Positions 27,754-41,321 of a stretch of DNA of 64,000 nucleotides are shown here, in pieces (positions within the stretch are counted from its first letter, which is position 1; every line of letters begins with the position of its first letter). The position numbers and the translations under genes are program-made. This DNA comes from Spironucleus salmonicida (taxonomy: Eukaryota): NCBI RefSeq assembly GCF_000497125.1, contig NC_090599.1, forward strand, positions 558,001-622,000, in the 5' to 3' direction. Below the pieces are notes generated by a model. It had not been told where the DNA came from and made no database searches. It saw nothing but the letters and a program-made list of their open reading frames with translations.

Positions 27754-28146
27754 TCAGTCCTTTTTCTTAGCTATTAGCTGTGAATCTTCAGATTGCTAGG
27801 CTAACTGTGTGCTCTGAAAATCTAAATAAATGTTCCTCATACATCTATATGAGTTTATAACAAAAAACACTAACATCGGGAGCTTTGCATAGCACATTTC
27901 ATCAAGATATGAAATATTTAATTTTACAATAGTAGATTCAGGGAAATAATTGCTAATAAAAAGCTTAAAATGGTCAATTTTAAAGAGTACTATCATTGTT
28001 AGCAAAATTTACATAAATGGATAAAAAATACCAATAGTAATACAGGAAAATGATATTAAAATATAACTAATAACGTATCTATTGAACTAAAGATCAGAAT
28101 AATTTTTAATATATGCAAATATAGCAGTTGGTATATTGCAGTTCAT
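27754..28146 (-). CDS. Small membrane protein (130 aa)
   Basis: Code-6 ORF including track ORF 27796-28005; hydrophobic segments. Confidence 0.45.
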
Positions 28147-28510
28147 TTTGTTAGAAACCTATTGTGTATAGTAAATATATATATTAATTAATTATATGTT
28201 TAAAATACTAAGTATAGTAATTTAATATGATGATGCAGTTAAATTTCATTAATAAATCTTATTTACTGCATATTGATGATTAATGTTAAAATATAAATTT
28301 AAATGAACTTATTAGGAAGAAATTTTAGAGATTTATACCTAACTACGTGAATACAAATTTAATCTTAATTTGTAATGGTAAGTAATTTCACCTTTAAATC
28401 GAAGAATAAGCAGACTAGATCATGCAAAGTGATAAATTTATTGTAGCAGATTTGCTGTTACAAATAGAATGATAAATTTACTAGAATCCCAGTATTAATA
28501 AATCATGATC

Positions 28511-29602
28511 TCACTTAAATCTTTTACCATTATATTGCTTTTTATCGAACTTCCTTCTATAATCGTTATCCCAAATCTTATCACACTACTGCCTGCTCAT
28601 CCACATATCTACACTCGGCTATTCCATAAATTCTATTCCAGGAACTTTATCCTAGACGAAACTCTTAACTTTATCCAATACATCATAAAATTTTTTAACA
28701 TCCTCCCAGACTTTATCTCCATGTGATTTTGCATTTTCAAAGCTTTACCATGGCTTCTCTGCCACATAATGAATCAAAAAAACTTTTCGATCTCTTAAGT
28801 TGCCATCGTATACATTTTAATTACCTCTTAGTTAAAATTCACCCTTTTCGAATCGGTGAGCTAACCAAGGTATGCAGTTAAATTATCTAGAAACATTAGT
28901 CCAGTTTTCAATATTTAAAGAAATAAGTGTCTCATCAGGACCTGCATTAGGAATTCTATCATTCACATTTTATGAATAAAATCCACCATTAGAGTTATTC
29001 TTTATAGTTTAGATCAGCATATTGAATTATTCAATTGAAGGTGAAACACAGAAAAATGCCCCGGAAATACCATAACCATTGATTAATGCGTTATTTAATT
29101 ACTCATTATTAATTTTTATCCCACTTTCCATTCCTTCTTTATCCTTTCCTACTAGTGTTCCGAAAGGGGTTTGCAAGTTGAAAATATGTGAGAAATCATG
29201 TAAACAAAGCATATCCGCATCAAGAAATAGACACTTATCATATTAAGTAAGTAGAAAAATGTATAGCTTAGAAAAACAGCTTTTAAGCCAATTCTGATAA
29301 TTTTTAGCAAATCTAGGCCACTTGTTAAGATCTACAGGGAATTCTATTTTTGGAATAATAATTACATTAGCATATAGGTTCAATAACTATAGGGAATGTT
29401 ATGATAAATTTGAAGCAAAAACAATAAAATCGCATGAACTTTCTAAATGATTGGCTTTCAGAGATTAGAAAAGTGCAGCAGCTGATTGTGCATAAATATG
29501 TGTATCCATCACTAAGGTAGCAATAGAGAACTTTTTAGTAGGTGCGAACTCAAATGGTGTTGGCTTGATGTTATTAATATCAAAATCAGAGTAGTCAAGC
29601 AT
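28511..29602 (-). CDS. Glycosyltransferase family 8 (glycogenin/P13-like), 363 aa
   Basis: FSKLYIFLLTQYDKCLFLDADML (DxD), GPDE, IHYVAEKPW. Confidence 0.88.
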
Positions 29603-29632
29603 TTTTATTTATGAAGTGAAATCGTAATTCAA

Positions 29633-30106
29633 TCATTATATATCTCTATATGATTGATATGATTTTTCTAAAACGTCTGATAATTATTTCAAAAAAGTGA
29701 CGTAAATTTCAGGAGCTATTAGATTAACGGTGTCTTTACTCGCTAATGTAACTTAATCCTTTAATAAATTATAATTTCTCTGAATAATTTCAACTTTAAA
29801 TTCTGATTTCTTAATATTTAGGATTTTATATGGTTAGTCTTTTATGGTTTACAATTTTTAACATAAAATTATACCTGGGTATCCAAAGTACTTAATTGCA
29901 AGGATTGATGATCTTAAATCTAAAGTTGATACCAAAAATTCATAATCATCTCTAGTTTATGTTTTCAAAACTGTTGATAGAAAAAGAATATCTTCAATCT
30001 CTTAATCATTATATTGAATTTTTAATTCGGTAAAAATGCTATCGTCATTGTAATGGAAAATTTTTAATAGATGCGTATTAATTTTTGATGCTTGTTCATA
30101 ATTCAT
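29633..30106 (-). CDS. Hypothetical protein (157 aa)
   Basis: Code-6 ORF, no motif recognised. Confidence 0.45.
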
Positions 30107-30169
30107 TAAGAATTAAAGATATTAAAATATATAAAATAAAATTGTATCATTAATAATTTTTCATTAAAA

Positions 30170-30529
30170 TCATTTCCTCTTTATATATCCAGCGTTTATA
30201 TTGCGTTCCACCTCATAGCTAAATTAACCAAAAGGTCGTCTATATTTTTAAGGATGCTCCAAAATACCTTAATTAAATGTCTATTCTTATACTTTGTTAT
30301 CCCTATGCGTAGTTAATAGTTTTTCCAGTAAATTATTATTTGTACTGTGCTGAGTTGTCTAGGTATATTGAGTATAATCCATTTTTTAGGCAACATCTCG
30401 TCTATCAAGAGTAGCTAGTCTTTCATTCATTGCAGATTCTTGTCTTTATCGCATTTATAAAGGGTTAGGCATATATCCTATTTAAGCTTATTTGACTAAT
30501 TATTCAGGAGTTGGTTAGGGCTTAGACAT
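30170..30529 (-). CDS. Hypothetical protein (119 aa)
   Basis: Code-6 ORF MSKPQPTPEQLVKQAQIGYMPNP... Confidence 0.55.
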
Positions 30530-30579
30530 TTTAGCGGAAAAATAATTATATACAATTATATCTTAATTAAATTAATTGG

Positions 30580-31476
30580 TCAATCAAAAAGTGGGATTTG
30601 CCAATATTCAATTGGGTCACAGCTTCTCTCGTTCTTATTTAAACTGTTAATATAAATCATTTATTCTTCAGTAAGTGTGAACTCTAATTTGAAATTTGAC
30701 TTAATTCTTTCTTAGCAACTGGACTTTGGAATAATACTGTATTTATTAGTATTAAATCTTTGTAAATGCCATTTAAGTACAATCTAAGCTATTGATACAC
30801 CTAAACCTAGAGCAATTTCTTATAACTTAACATCATCTGAAAATTTTTAGATACCAGACACTCCCTAGTAGAATCCTCCTAACGGAGAATATGCCGTAAT
30901 ATGAAGTCCATTCTTTAAACAGAACTAAATTAAGCCTTCATTTTAGAAAAATGGGTGGGACTCGATTTGATTTACTAAAGGCTTAATACGGGCTCCAGAT
31001 AGTAAGTCATTAATGAGAGCAACATTGAAGTTAGATACTCCAATATGCTTAGTTAATCCGGTATCTACCAAGCTTTCCATGGCACGATATGTATCCATAA
31101 TTGAAAATCCTGACTCAAGCAATACTTCACCTTTATCGTTACGTGGCACAAGTTGTTTTCCATGTTAAAAACATACCGGCCAGTGAATTAAGAACAGGTC
31201 AACGTAATCAAGTTTTAGAGTCACAAGCTACTACTATAACTGCTATGTGACGTTAGAAGGATTATGATTTGTATTCCACAGCTTAGTAGTTATCCAGTAA
31301 TCTGATCTATCATGGCTTTAAAAGAATTCTTAAAACGCTTCACCAACTGCGGTCTCATTTTTATACACAAAAGCACAGTCGATGTGCTTATAACCTGTAT
31401 TCAATGCATTTAACACAATCTCCTTTGTGGCATCAAGAGGAGCCTAGTACGTTCCAAATCCGATCTGAGGGATCAT
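30580..31476 (-). CDS. Aldo-keto reductase (aldose reductase-like), 298 aa
   Basis: [58 protein letters not shown]. Confidence 0.95.
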
Positions 31477-31554
31477 TTTTGATTTAGTATTTTAATATAC
31501 AATTAATACCTTTACCCGTTACCTTCCTAATTTATTATTATACAACAAACCACC

Positions 31555-32604
31555 ATGTTAGCCAAAATGGACCAGCTTTCGCAGTCCTGGTATTCCTACC
31601 TCTCGCAAACGCAGCCATCCGAGACCCCGCTAGAGCCTAGCGCTTCCCAAATAGCTAGCTATCTAACGCTGCCGCCGGAAGAGCTGCAGGACCTCCTAAC
31701 GCGGAAACTCGCCGCGTTCCAAGCAGCGCACGACGCCTTCGCCCCCGTGAGCGCCCAGAACGTCACGGCCTTTCTGGAGAGCTTCGGCTACGACGCGGCG
31801 CCGTTTCGCGCGCAAATTCTGCAGATTTTGCCCGATTTCGCGCGCGAAACGCTCGAAAACTTCTGCCTCACCGTCGAGCTGCTACCGTTCCAGGCGACGT
31901 ACTTCCAGCTCCCGGGCCTGAACCGCGCCGGATTCGGCGTTTTCCACGAGCTGATTTTCTCGAAGCTGCAGCGCGTCGCGGGGGCGCTGGGGGCCGATTT
32001 TGCGGTAGAAAAGCGGCCGGATACTAAAATTCGGGCGCCAGAATCCCGTAAACTTGAAAAACGGAGCGATTTTTCAGGCGCAAAATCGACGAGATCGAGC
32101 GATTTGCGGGCGCAGCGCGCGCGGGCAACGCCGATTGCGCGCGTAGAGCCTCAACATTAAATCGCGCTCGACCTGCCGACCGGAAATCAGGTGAAATCGA
32201 TCCAGAAGTTCCTCCTGAAGCAGCAGAAAGCGCGCGAAATGAAGGCAGAAATTGCGGTCAAAACCGAAAATCTCGGCAGGAGCCAGGCTGGGATGCAAAA
32301 CGTGAAATTGAATTCAAATTCGATTTTCCACTCCTAATTGATGCATCTAAATTATCAGAAAGGGCGAAAGCGGCTGCTTTTCGACCTGAAAGTCGAGATT
32401 TTTGATGGTAAATTCGTGCCGTTTCAGATCTACGAGGGCGAGGACTGTTCTGCCAGTGTGGTGCGCTTCTGCAGGGTTTACAGCCTGAATGCTGGCCGTG
32501 GCGTCGTTTTGAAGAGTATTTTCGAGGGAGTTTTCGACCGTTTTGGCGTCGGGTGGGAGGCGGATGCTGAGTTTCCAGGTAGGCTTCATAAGTCGAAAAT
32601 GTGA
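31555..32604 (+). CDS. Hypothetical protein (349 aa)
   Basis: Track ORFs 31555-32160 and 32338-32604 are one code-6 frame; C-terminal LFDLKVEI..GK...QIYEGED....VVRFC motif. Confidence 0.75.
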
Positions 32605-32763
32605 TATTTAGCGATTTGGCGGTATAGCAAATTGAACGATTTCCGGGATTTGAAGTGAAAAATTGAATTGAAAATGGGTTTAGATATATTTTAGAATTAA
32701 TGGCCTGCAGAGCAGGATAATTTTTTGATTAAGCTTGATTTAACTAGATAATGAACAAAAAAC

Positions 32764-33666
32764 TCATACAAATAACGTGCTGCTAACATCGTAGTCATTT
32801 TAAATAATAGTTATGCTATCCGTGTTTCTTTTGGCAACCATAGGCCTCAGCTCGCCGAACCCACTGGAGATGGGCTTGTTGGAGGCGTCCTTGCGGCTGT
32901 TGGACTTGCAGCACACGATGGGCATCACGACAGCCATGACGAGCAGCAGGCAGATGCAGGCCAGCATGATGATCTGCGTGGTGGTGAACTTGATCTTCTG
33001 CTCGCCCCCGGTGAAGTTCGTCTCGATCTTGAGCGTGTCGCCGGATACGTAGGTCTCCTCGTACTGGAAGCGGTCGTTGCCGGTCGTGAAGATCTGGATG
33101 CTCTTCGCCTGCTTGAGGCCGTTCAGCTTGTCGAAGCAGGTAGTGGGGTTCACCTGCGCGAAGGACTCGGGGCAGCGGAGGGTGATGGTGCTGGTGCCGG
33201 CGACTGTGCTTGGGGCCGCGTGGTAGAAGTTGGATCCGAGCGTGATGAGGGAGCCCTTGGTGACGTCGATGCCGGCGGGGAAGGTGATCACGATGGAGTT
33301 GTCACTTTCTGAGGCGTAGTTGATCTTGACGCCGATCTCGGTCGCGCAGTAGGCGAACAGCAGCTGCTTTTTCGTAATAGTTATTTCAGTTGGAGCAGTA
33401 CCTGGTTGAGTAGTTATAGATTATTTTATATCCTTTTAAAAGTGTGCTGAAATTTTTTTTAAGTCGGTTTCACCAACACTCGCATCAAATTGAAATTTGT
33501 TTTCTCCTTACTTAAAGTCAAATTTATTTCCATCAACAGTTATTGAAAATTCTGATATACCTGTAATAGCAGAATCTATTGTAACAAATTGAATTGATAT
33601 AGTGGTGTTAGTAACCGTAACAAATCCCAGTGTTTTGTCCGCTGCAAAAAGAGCTAGGAACATCAT
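32764..33666 (-). CDS. Type I membrane protein family B, copy 1 (300 aa)
   Basis: Signal-like N-terminus, TM IIMLACICLLLVMAVVMPIVCC, cytosolic RKDASNKPISSGFG. Confidence 0.85.
32854..33390. repeat. 537-bp identical direct repeat (partner 40509-41045) inside family B copies 1 and 2
   Basis: No mismatches seen at offset 7655; flanks diverge. Confidence 0.92.
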
Positions 33667-34090
33667 TTTTTATAAAGTCAATTTATAATTATTTAGTTAA
33701 ACATATATTATTTGACTCCACCAAAAACATAAAACTATAGAAAATAATATATTCTTTGTAATGAATAAATATAAACGTATGGCAAAAACTAATCTTTAAA
33801 TTTTAAGTTTATCTGGTTTTCTGGGGTAAAAATTGATTCTAACAAAAGTTTGTAAGTGCCTACTATAATCTAGAATTTTACAAATTCATCCTATTTACTC
33901 TAAATACGAAAATAAAACTTTACTTCTTACATATTTAATATACAATAAGAATATTTTTATTCACTAGAATAATTTGAAGCATTACCAAATCCCATTATTT
34001 GTACTTGCCAACTATCTTTATCAACCCTGATACCTGAATATAACTTTCAAATACCTTTCCCGCACCCTCAAAAACGCAACTCAAACCCGA

Positions 34091-36298
34091 TCACTGGAAC
34101 GCGCCCCACCCGAAGCCGAAGCCATCGCCCTCAGCGGCGCCACCTGCGCCGCCATCTTTTTTGGGATCCCCGCTAAAATCGCCCCAGCCGTCGCCGTTTC
34201 CGGCCTGCTGCTCGCCACCAAAACCGCCGAAAAAGTCACCGCCGCCGCCAAAGCCACCGAAACCCCCAAATCCGGCGTCAAAAACGCCTTTCCCCTTCTG
34301 CTTCTGTTTCTTCACATTCGTGTACTCAGCTGCTAGTCTGGCGTCCCCGAAAGTCTTCGGAATCTCGTCCTCAGGCTCCAAACACGTCTTGCTGAACTCG
34401 ATGAAAATCTCATTTGTAGTCAAAAAGTCCACAAAACATTTGTTAATTTCGCCGTATCCAGAGCTGATAATTTTGTTCAAAGCAGTCAGATTCTGTGGCG
34501 CGGCCACGTGCGCGCTGACGTTGTTCTGGATCAAACTGGGCTTGTTCTGCACGAATTTCTGCTTCTCCTCAACGGCAGCCTCGTCGGTCAATTTGACCGC
34601 CAGACGCAGCAGGGCGCGCGCTATCGTGATGAAGTACGTCTGCTGGCTGGTACGCGATTTGAAGGGTATGAAGTGCGTCATTTTGTCCCTCAGAAGGCTC
34701 ATAAAGTCCGTTTTTTCGATCAAAAAGCAGCTGATTTCCGTCTCGAAATCGCCGAATTCCGCGAGCGGAATGATGATCCTAGAGGCGATAAAATGCAGAT
34801 TTGAGTTCTGCTCGAACGCGCCGAAAAGTGATATAACCTCTTGGAGCAAATTCTGCTATAAGAACTTCTTTATTACGCTAACGACGCTGATGCAGAGCGG
34901 CACGCCAGAAACGCAAAAAGTGTCTCCCAGCGGAATACTCGACGGGCCTCCGGCGCCTGAATGCGCGCTGAGCTGAAGCTGGCCAAAGAGGCCCTCTTGG
35001 ACGATTTAGACGCTCTCCTCGACTGCCTGCTCGCTTTGGCCGAACCAGTCGAGTTTGGTCGACTTTTGAGGCTATTTCTTGTTGTTTTGGAAGTACTTGA
35101 AAACCGCAGTTTTCGCATCGGCAGAAATAGCAAGAATTCTTGCTATGAAATGGAGCATCTGGAACGTTCCGTAACCCACGAGGTTGGGCGGGGCTTGATT
35201 TCTGAGGAATCTGATGCGGCTCTGAATAGAGCAGAATTGATCCAAGAAAGCGGCGAAAACTGGAAGATTCTTGAATTCGAAATCGTCGATTTCTTGAATT
35301 TTCAAAATTGGGAAGTTTTCTATCTGCTTATTTTTGATTTCAACCTGTTAATTAGTGTATAATAATTGGTGCTGGAATTCTTTTCTTTTTTAGAGAGTTT
35401 CAAAGTTAACTTTCATGATCTCGTCTTTGTATGTATGGTAAAGTTACACTTCTTTTTAAATCATGAAGCTTACGCAGCAAACGACAAGATTGCTAGCATA
35501 ATGAAGCCTAAGCAGCTGTTCGTTTTTGATTTCACTAAAGAATAGAAAATTCGAAATTTAATTCAATTTAAGGATAACTATTTCTGATAAAAACGGAGTC
35601 TATTAAGAGATAATATTAGAGAGAAGTTCCGAGGAATTAGAAACTCCCTCTAAAGGTATTTCAAGGTTAGTAATGAAACTAGATAAAAGATCAAAAACAT
35701 TTGACTTAATACACAGTATTTATACCTGCTTGTTAATATCATCAGTACGAGACTTAGAATCTAATAAAAATACTTTGAGAGACTCTGAGATTTATTAAGA
35801 TATGATATGTTGAGCCCAAGATTTAAAGTAACCTAGGTTTTCAGTTAAATACGTCGCTAATGCAGAAACACGCTTTGACGAAGCTAAAATAGCAGTAATT
35901 AACTTCAAAAAGGCATTATTGATGTGAGGAGGTGCTAGAGTTGATGTAAGTGTTGGTGATGTTGTTAGTTTCTAAAGAGTTTCAAACGGAATAGCCAGAA
36001 GGTCTGATGTTGAGAGAATAGATTGAAGAACAGAGCGAAGAGCATCTGGATTAGCAAAAATTTCAATTGCACGCTCAGTGTGATCAGATGGCTTTTCCGA
36101 AAACATATGCTTCATTAAGCGACGAATTGTTGATGTTTTGACTAAATAGTCTAAAATAACAGGATTTTCAGAACGTATTTCAAAAGAAAGTGTTTTAACT
36201 TCTAATAATTTTTCTAAATTATCTTGCTAGACTAATTACTCGATAGACTATGATTATTAATCATTATCATACAGAGACCAATAGAGATTATTCGCCAT
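34091..36298 (-). CDS. SIT4-associated protein / PP6 regulatory subunit (SAPS family), 735 aa
   Basis: N-terminus LEKLLEVKTLSFEIRSENPVILDYL resembles SAPS LxELMDExDVLQECKxQNxKLIEFL; FEQNSNLH resembles YTWNNFLH; G/F/W-rich tail. Confidence 0.75.
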
Positions 36299-36408
36299 TA
36301 TTTTAGAAGTGGTAGATTTAAATAGTTTAAAGTATATTATATGGTATACACTCAGTTACTTAAGTCAATTTGTTAATATAAATCATATTAAATCTATTGT
36401 CAATTAAA

Positions 36409-37305
36409 ATGAGTTGCTGTGGAAAACCGAAATAAGCAATTTATGAAGATGAACCTATTATTGGAGATCATTTTAAAACTTTTACATAGATTAAAGAATA
36501 TCTATATTAGACAGGAGTAAAATAATATGATGTAGTATTTTATTTAGACTTTTCAAGATCTAATTTACTAAACTAAGAGACTACTCTACTCCATACAGAT
36601 TCATAAACAAATCCATATTATATGGCACTAGAAGCCGTTGCACTCGCAGCAGCTTAATTGGATTCAGATTAAAAGTTTTTAGCCTATAGGTATGGATGTA
36701 CGGAGTCAAAACATTTACGGATTGTTCCTCTATATTAGGATTAAGTCTAATATGAAGGTATTGATGCACTATTGTGTGCATATAAGTAAGCTTGTCGCGA
36801 TGTTACATTTTCTGGACCCGTGTAGTTATCAAAATGTTTTGAAAATTCAATAGAATTTTCAAAATAAAATCCTGGGAAACATATTGTTTCTGTACTTATT
36901 ACTAATAGTTAATCTTAATCTGAGATAAAAGATATTAATGCACTTAAGTAAGCTAGTATGTATCCAATTTCTTTCTGTTGTTTTGGAGTTGGAAGAAAAA
37001 ATTTATAGACGCTAGAATTATATGACGATTTAAAAGGTAGAAATGTTGATAACTTCTAATTTGTAGATTTTGACAAGATCAAAAAGAAGGTGGTTAGATT
37101 AAGTGTGTCTGAGGCCAAACTTATTGATTTTATTGGTTGTTAAATTTTCATGGAGATTCCTTTTTAGGCAAAATAAATGCATTCAAAAGATTACTATAAT
37201 TTAGATAGAACTGTTATATTTACTGAGTACTCAGCTATTGTCACATCTAACCATGAAACTTAAGAAATACCCTTAAAATTTGAACATTTAGATATGCTAG
37301 AGTGA
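36409..37305 (+). CDS. Copine-type vWA domain protein without C2 domains (298 aa), N-terminal MSCC
   Basis: YLDFSRSN, NPY, SGP, ASMYPISFCCFGVG, DDLKGRNVDNFQFVDF. Confidence 0.88.
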
Positions 37306-37528
37306 AGATAAATTTTATATGAGCTAATTTTAGAATATTATTTTTATGTTTATATATCTTAGCGGAAAATATAATATATTTTTTAAATCTAACATAAAAT
37401 AATCTTTACAATTAATTAATACAAATGTGGTACTTAGTATTATATTTGATTAAGTAAATTATTAAGTAAAATAATTATATGATGATTAGTAATTTATACG
37501 TAATTTAGGAAAATTTATCATCTCAAAA

Positions 37529-37858
37529 ATGAGGAAATATTATTGCGAAGTGACACCTCTTGAGAAATAATTATAACAGTAAGAGATTAAATATTAAATG
37601 GTGTAATAAAGTAAATCATAAGAGTGCCTACTGGCTCCACAGAACTTTCATTTAAGACATAATAAAAAATCATGCATACATATGAAAGATTTCATTTAGT
37701 AATCATTTGAAGAAGTTAACCCTCCTGAAAAAGATTCGCCTTTACAGACTTAGTAAGAGATTTAGGATGATTTCCGGAGTTTTTTATAAAATTTAAGTCG
37801 GCCAAAACCACGTAATATATCTTTACCAAAACCTATTCCATAGCCATTAATGAAGTGA
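37529..37858 (+). CDS. Hypothetical protein (109 aa)
   Basis: Code-6 ORF ending AAGTGA. Confidence 0.5.
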
Positions 37859-37885
37859 AAAATGATATTAAACTGAGTGAAATTT

Positions 37886-38776
37886 TCATTCTAAGCTTAA
37901 AAGCTAACTCTATTCAATTTTTTCTCTAATGAATTCCTACCCAAATTATACTTCTGCAAAAATATCACTATGCTCTTTAACTATACGACATGCTCTAAGC
38001 TCATCATGATATCCAAGATTCTAACAGCGCACATACTAATCTGGTAGCTCCATAAAAGTTTTACAACACAATATTTAAGCAAAATCTTTGCTTTGATACT
38101 TGCGGCTAAGCGTATCCAAATGGAAGAATTAGAAATTATCAAATTTTCGGCCTTCGCAATCATCTAAAAACTCTAATGAATCGAAATTAGCATCGCCTAC
38201 CCCAATGCAGCAAATAGAAATAGGGAAGTAGCTTGCCTAAATGACGGAGTTAAAATCTTTCGTTATAGACTATGACGGAGAGTTAGTAAGAATCACACCT
38301 ATAGTATGCTCTTTAAATTATTAGCAATGTGTAATCATACTATCGATACAAGTACTTATTTACGTTGGTCCTGATAGTATAGTGGTCTTAAGTGCGCTAA
38401 AGTAAGCCCCCATTAGCTCTTCTGACGATGTAAATTTCGCTTAATCACCTAATAGTGGAACTACTCTTTTATGCTTGGAATCTACACAACCAAAACGATA
38501 TGCATGAAATACTCTATTGCTATCTAGTTCAGCAGATGCTGTTAATATCGCTTTTAAGGCAATAATATAAGGGTTATTCAGTGAATCAGTATGCTAAAGG
38601 GATTTTTACTGATTTATGAGGTTAGAGCGTGAAAAATCAAAATATATTACAATATCTAATGGATGTACAGCGATTTATTTAAGAATATCTTTTATTTAAC
38701 TAAATTTGGTGAATCGATCTGGATTAATATCCAAATCTCCCAATGCTAGTTCCGGCTTAAAACATTGTTTAAACAT
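37886..38776 (-). CDS. Second copine-type vWA protein (296 aa), inverted paralog of 36409-37305
   Basis: YFDFSRSN, NNPY, LSGPT, ASYFPISICCIGVGD, DDCEGRKFDNFQF. Confidence 0.88.
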
Positions 38777-38966
38777 TATAAAATATTATAACGCTCATAT
38801 ATGTACATAATAATATTAATTTGTGAAACTAGAAAAACTAAAATATAATATGCAAAGGTGAATTTTATTACTAATGCTCACTGTATTTTTATTAAATATG
38901 AATAACGAGCGTTTATTCTTAAATAAATAAAACAATAAATAAATAGCTGTATTAATGAATCATAAA

Positions 38967-39554
38967 TCATGGCTATTTTGGTAGCTTTTTAAGTATAAAA
39001 CAATATAAATTTTATCCCCATTAAGTATCCACTTCAATCCTTTTCTCTACTATTGTAATTGTAAATTTGTCTGGAAATGCTTCTTCTATCAGTTCATCCC
39101 TTTCACTATCAAAGGTTATCGAAAATATAACACCGTTATCTTATAGTTTTTCATACAATTATTCCAATGCTGCCATAAATGAGTCTAGAGGTGACTAAGG
39201 TGAAGCAATAACACAATCAAGACAACCCTTATCTAATATTAAATCATATTTGAATTTATCCTTAAAACATGTAACATCCTAAATTTCATATTCTATTTCA
39301 GGCCTAGTTTTCATATGCTCTTAAACTGCCTCCACTGCATTTTTCGAAAAGTCTATGCATTTAATGCATTTATATCCCTAATCGTAAAGCTAAAATGGGG
39401 TTCTAGACGTTCCGGCCCCAATAATCAGTATCTTCGCATCTTTTATCAAATACTCCTTTAATTCTTCTTCTAATTAGCATATCTAACAATAAAAGTCGAA
39501 AAGCTGCTAGTTCTGCTTATACCGGTCTTCCCAAAACTGACTTTGATGATACAT
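38967..39554 (-). CDS. Class I SAM methyltransferase, EEF1AKMT4/METTL13-N-like (195 aa)
   Basis: YHQSQFWEDRY, ILIIGAGTS, IDFS, YDLILDKGCLD. Confidence 0.85.
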
Positions 39555-39648
39555 TTTATTCAACAACTTATTATTATCACATAATATTAATATATTTAAC
39601 TTTTCACTCATTATATATTATTCTCCAATTTAATATACACTGCACAGA

Positions 39649-40395
39649 ATGGAATTCGAGCCGAGCCTCGTACCAGCCGGAATCAACTACGCAGCAAGCG
39701 CCCAACCCAGCAGGCCAACAACGGAGCTTCCGCCGATTTAGCAAAGCAAGTACACACGCGAGCAGTCGAACCGCGTGCGGCACGTCAACACCTTCGGGTA
39801 CAACAACATGCCGAACCGCTCGAACTCGATTCCGGACATCGAATCCATGGCGATTATCAACCAGAATCGCCCCTACGAGCCGGGGATGCCGATGGTGCTC
39901 ATCGGGCTCAACACGAACTCCGGAGACTGCAGAAACATCGCGCCGTATTTCCTGCAAATTCACAAGAAATTCTAGCGAATTTATTTCCTGCTGGTGTCGT
40001 ACCAGCCCTACGACAACATAATAAACACCTTTGCGAACATCCCGGAGCTGCTCCAGCTCAACGTCTCTCACGACGCGCACGGCTCATTTAAGGCCTTTTT
40101 GGCGCAGATGAACAAGCTTTCGATTCCGCATGTTTTCATCTTCAACCTCAGCCGGACGCTCATCTGGGACGGGCACCCCCAGAGCATGGCGCTGGGCACG
40201 AATCTGATGCGGCTGAACGGCCAGGTCGCTATCCACAACAACATGCGGGCGGTGTCGCCCAGTCGAGTTTAGGAGTGGCGGGCGCGTGGAATGAGCCCGC
40301 AACGCTGCAGGAGCGTCGCAACGACTTGGAGGAGCGACGAGGAGCTGTATGCCAGCAAAAGCATTGCGGAGCTCAAAACGATGAGGCTAGAGTGA
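39649..40395 (+). CDS. Thioredoxin-fold protein lacking CxxC (248 aa); paralog of 10896-11492
   Basis: Joins track ORFs 39775 and 39994; DCRNIAPYFLQIHKKF, IPELL, SIPHVFIF, IWDGHP; ends GAGTGA. Confidence 0.75.
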
Positions 40396-40418
40396 CTTAA
40401 TAGAAAATATAGACAAAC

Positions 40419-41321
40419 TCAGACAAAAAGCATCGATTCCTGCTTATAAATGGTCAATTCGACATTGCTCTTGCTGGCACAGCTCATATCACTTTTGGGC
40501 CTAAGGCTGCCGAACCCACTGGAGATGGGCTTGTTGGAGGCGTCCTTGCGGCTGTTGGACTTGCAGCACACGATGGGCATCACGACAGCCATGACGAGCA
40601 GCAGGCAGATGCAGGCCAGCATGATGATCTGCGTGGTGGTGAACTTGATCTTCTGCTCGCCCCCGGTGAAGTTCGTCTCGATCTTGAGCGTGTCGCCGGA
40701 TACGTAGGTCTCCTCGTACTGGAAGCGGTCGTTGCCGGTCGTGAAGATCTGGATGCTCTTCGCCTGCTTGAGGCCGTTCAGCTTGTCGAAGCAGGTAGTG
40801 GGGTTCACCTGCGCGAAGGACTCGGGGCAGCGGAGGGTGATGGTGCTGGTGCCGGCGACTGTGCTTGGGGCCGCGTGGTAGAAGTTGGATCCGAGCGTGA
40901 TGAGGGAGCCCTTGGTGACGTCGATGCCGGCGGGGAAGGTGATCACGATGGAGTTGTCACTTTCTGAGGCGTAGTTGATCTTGACGCCGATCTCGGTCGC
41001 GCAGTAGGCGAACAGCAGCTGCTTTTTCGTAATAGTTATTTCAGTCGAAGCATCACCTGGTTGAGTAGTTATACTTAAGGTTTGTTCATTTGCAAAATGA
41101 TCTGAGATTGTTTTCAAAGGTACAGTACTCACACTCGCATCAAATTAAAATTTGTTTTCTCCTTACTTAAAATCAAATTTATTTCCTGCAATAGTTATAG
41201 AAAAATCTGCTATACCTGTAATGCTAGCAGCTATTGTAACAATTTGAATAGAAACCGTAGTGTTTGTTACTGTAGAGAACCCTATAGTGTTTGCATCGAC
41301 TAGTAAAGTAAGTAGCAGCAT
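40419..41321 (-). CDS. Type I membrane protein family B, copy 2 (300 aa)
   Basis: Same length as copy 1; identical core, divergent N- and C-termini. Confidence 0.85.
40509..41045. repeat. 537-bp direct repeat, second copy
   Basis: Matches 32854-33390. Confidence 0.92.

Noticed and set aside
34161-34976. 271-aa Pro-rich plus-strand ORF
   Set aside because: Antisense of the SAPS gene and its Gly/Phe-rich tail.
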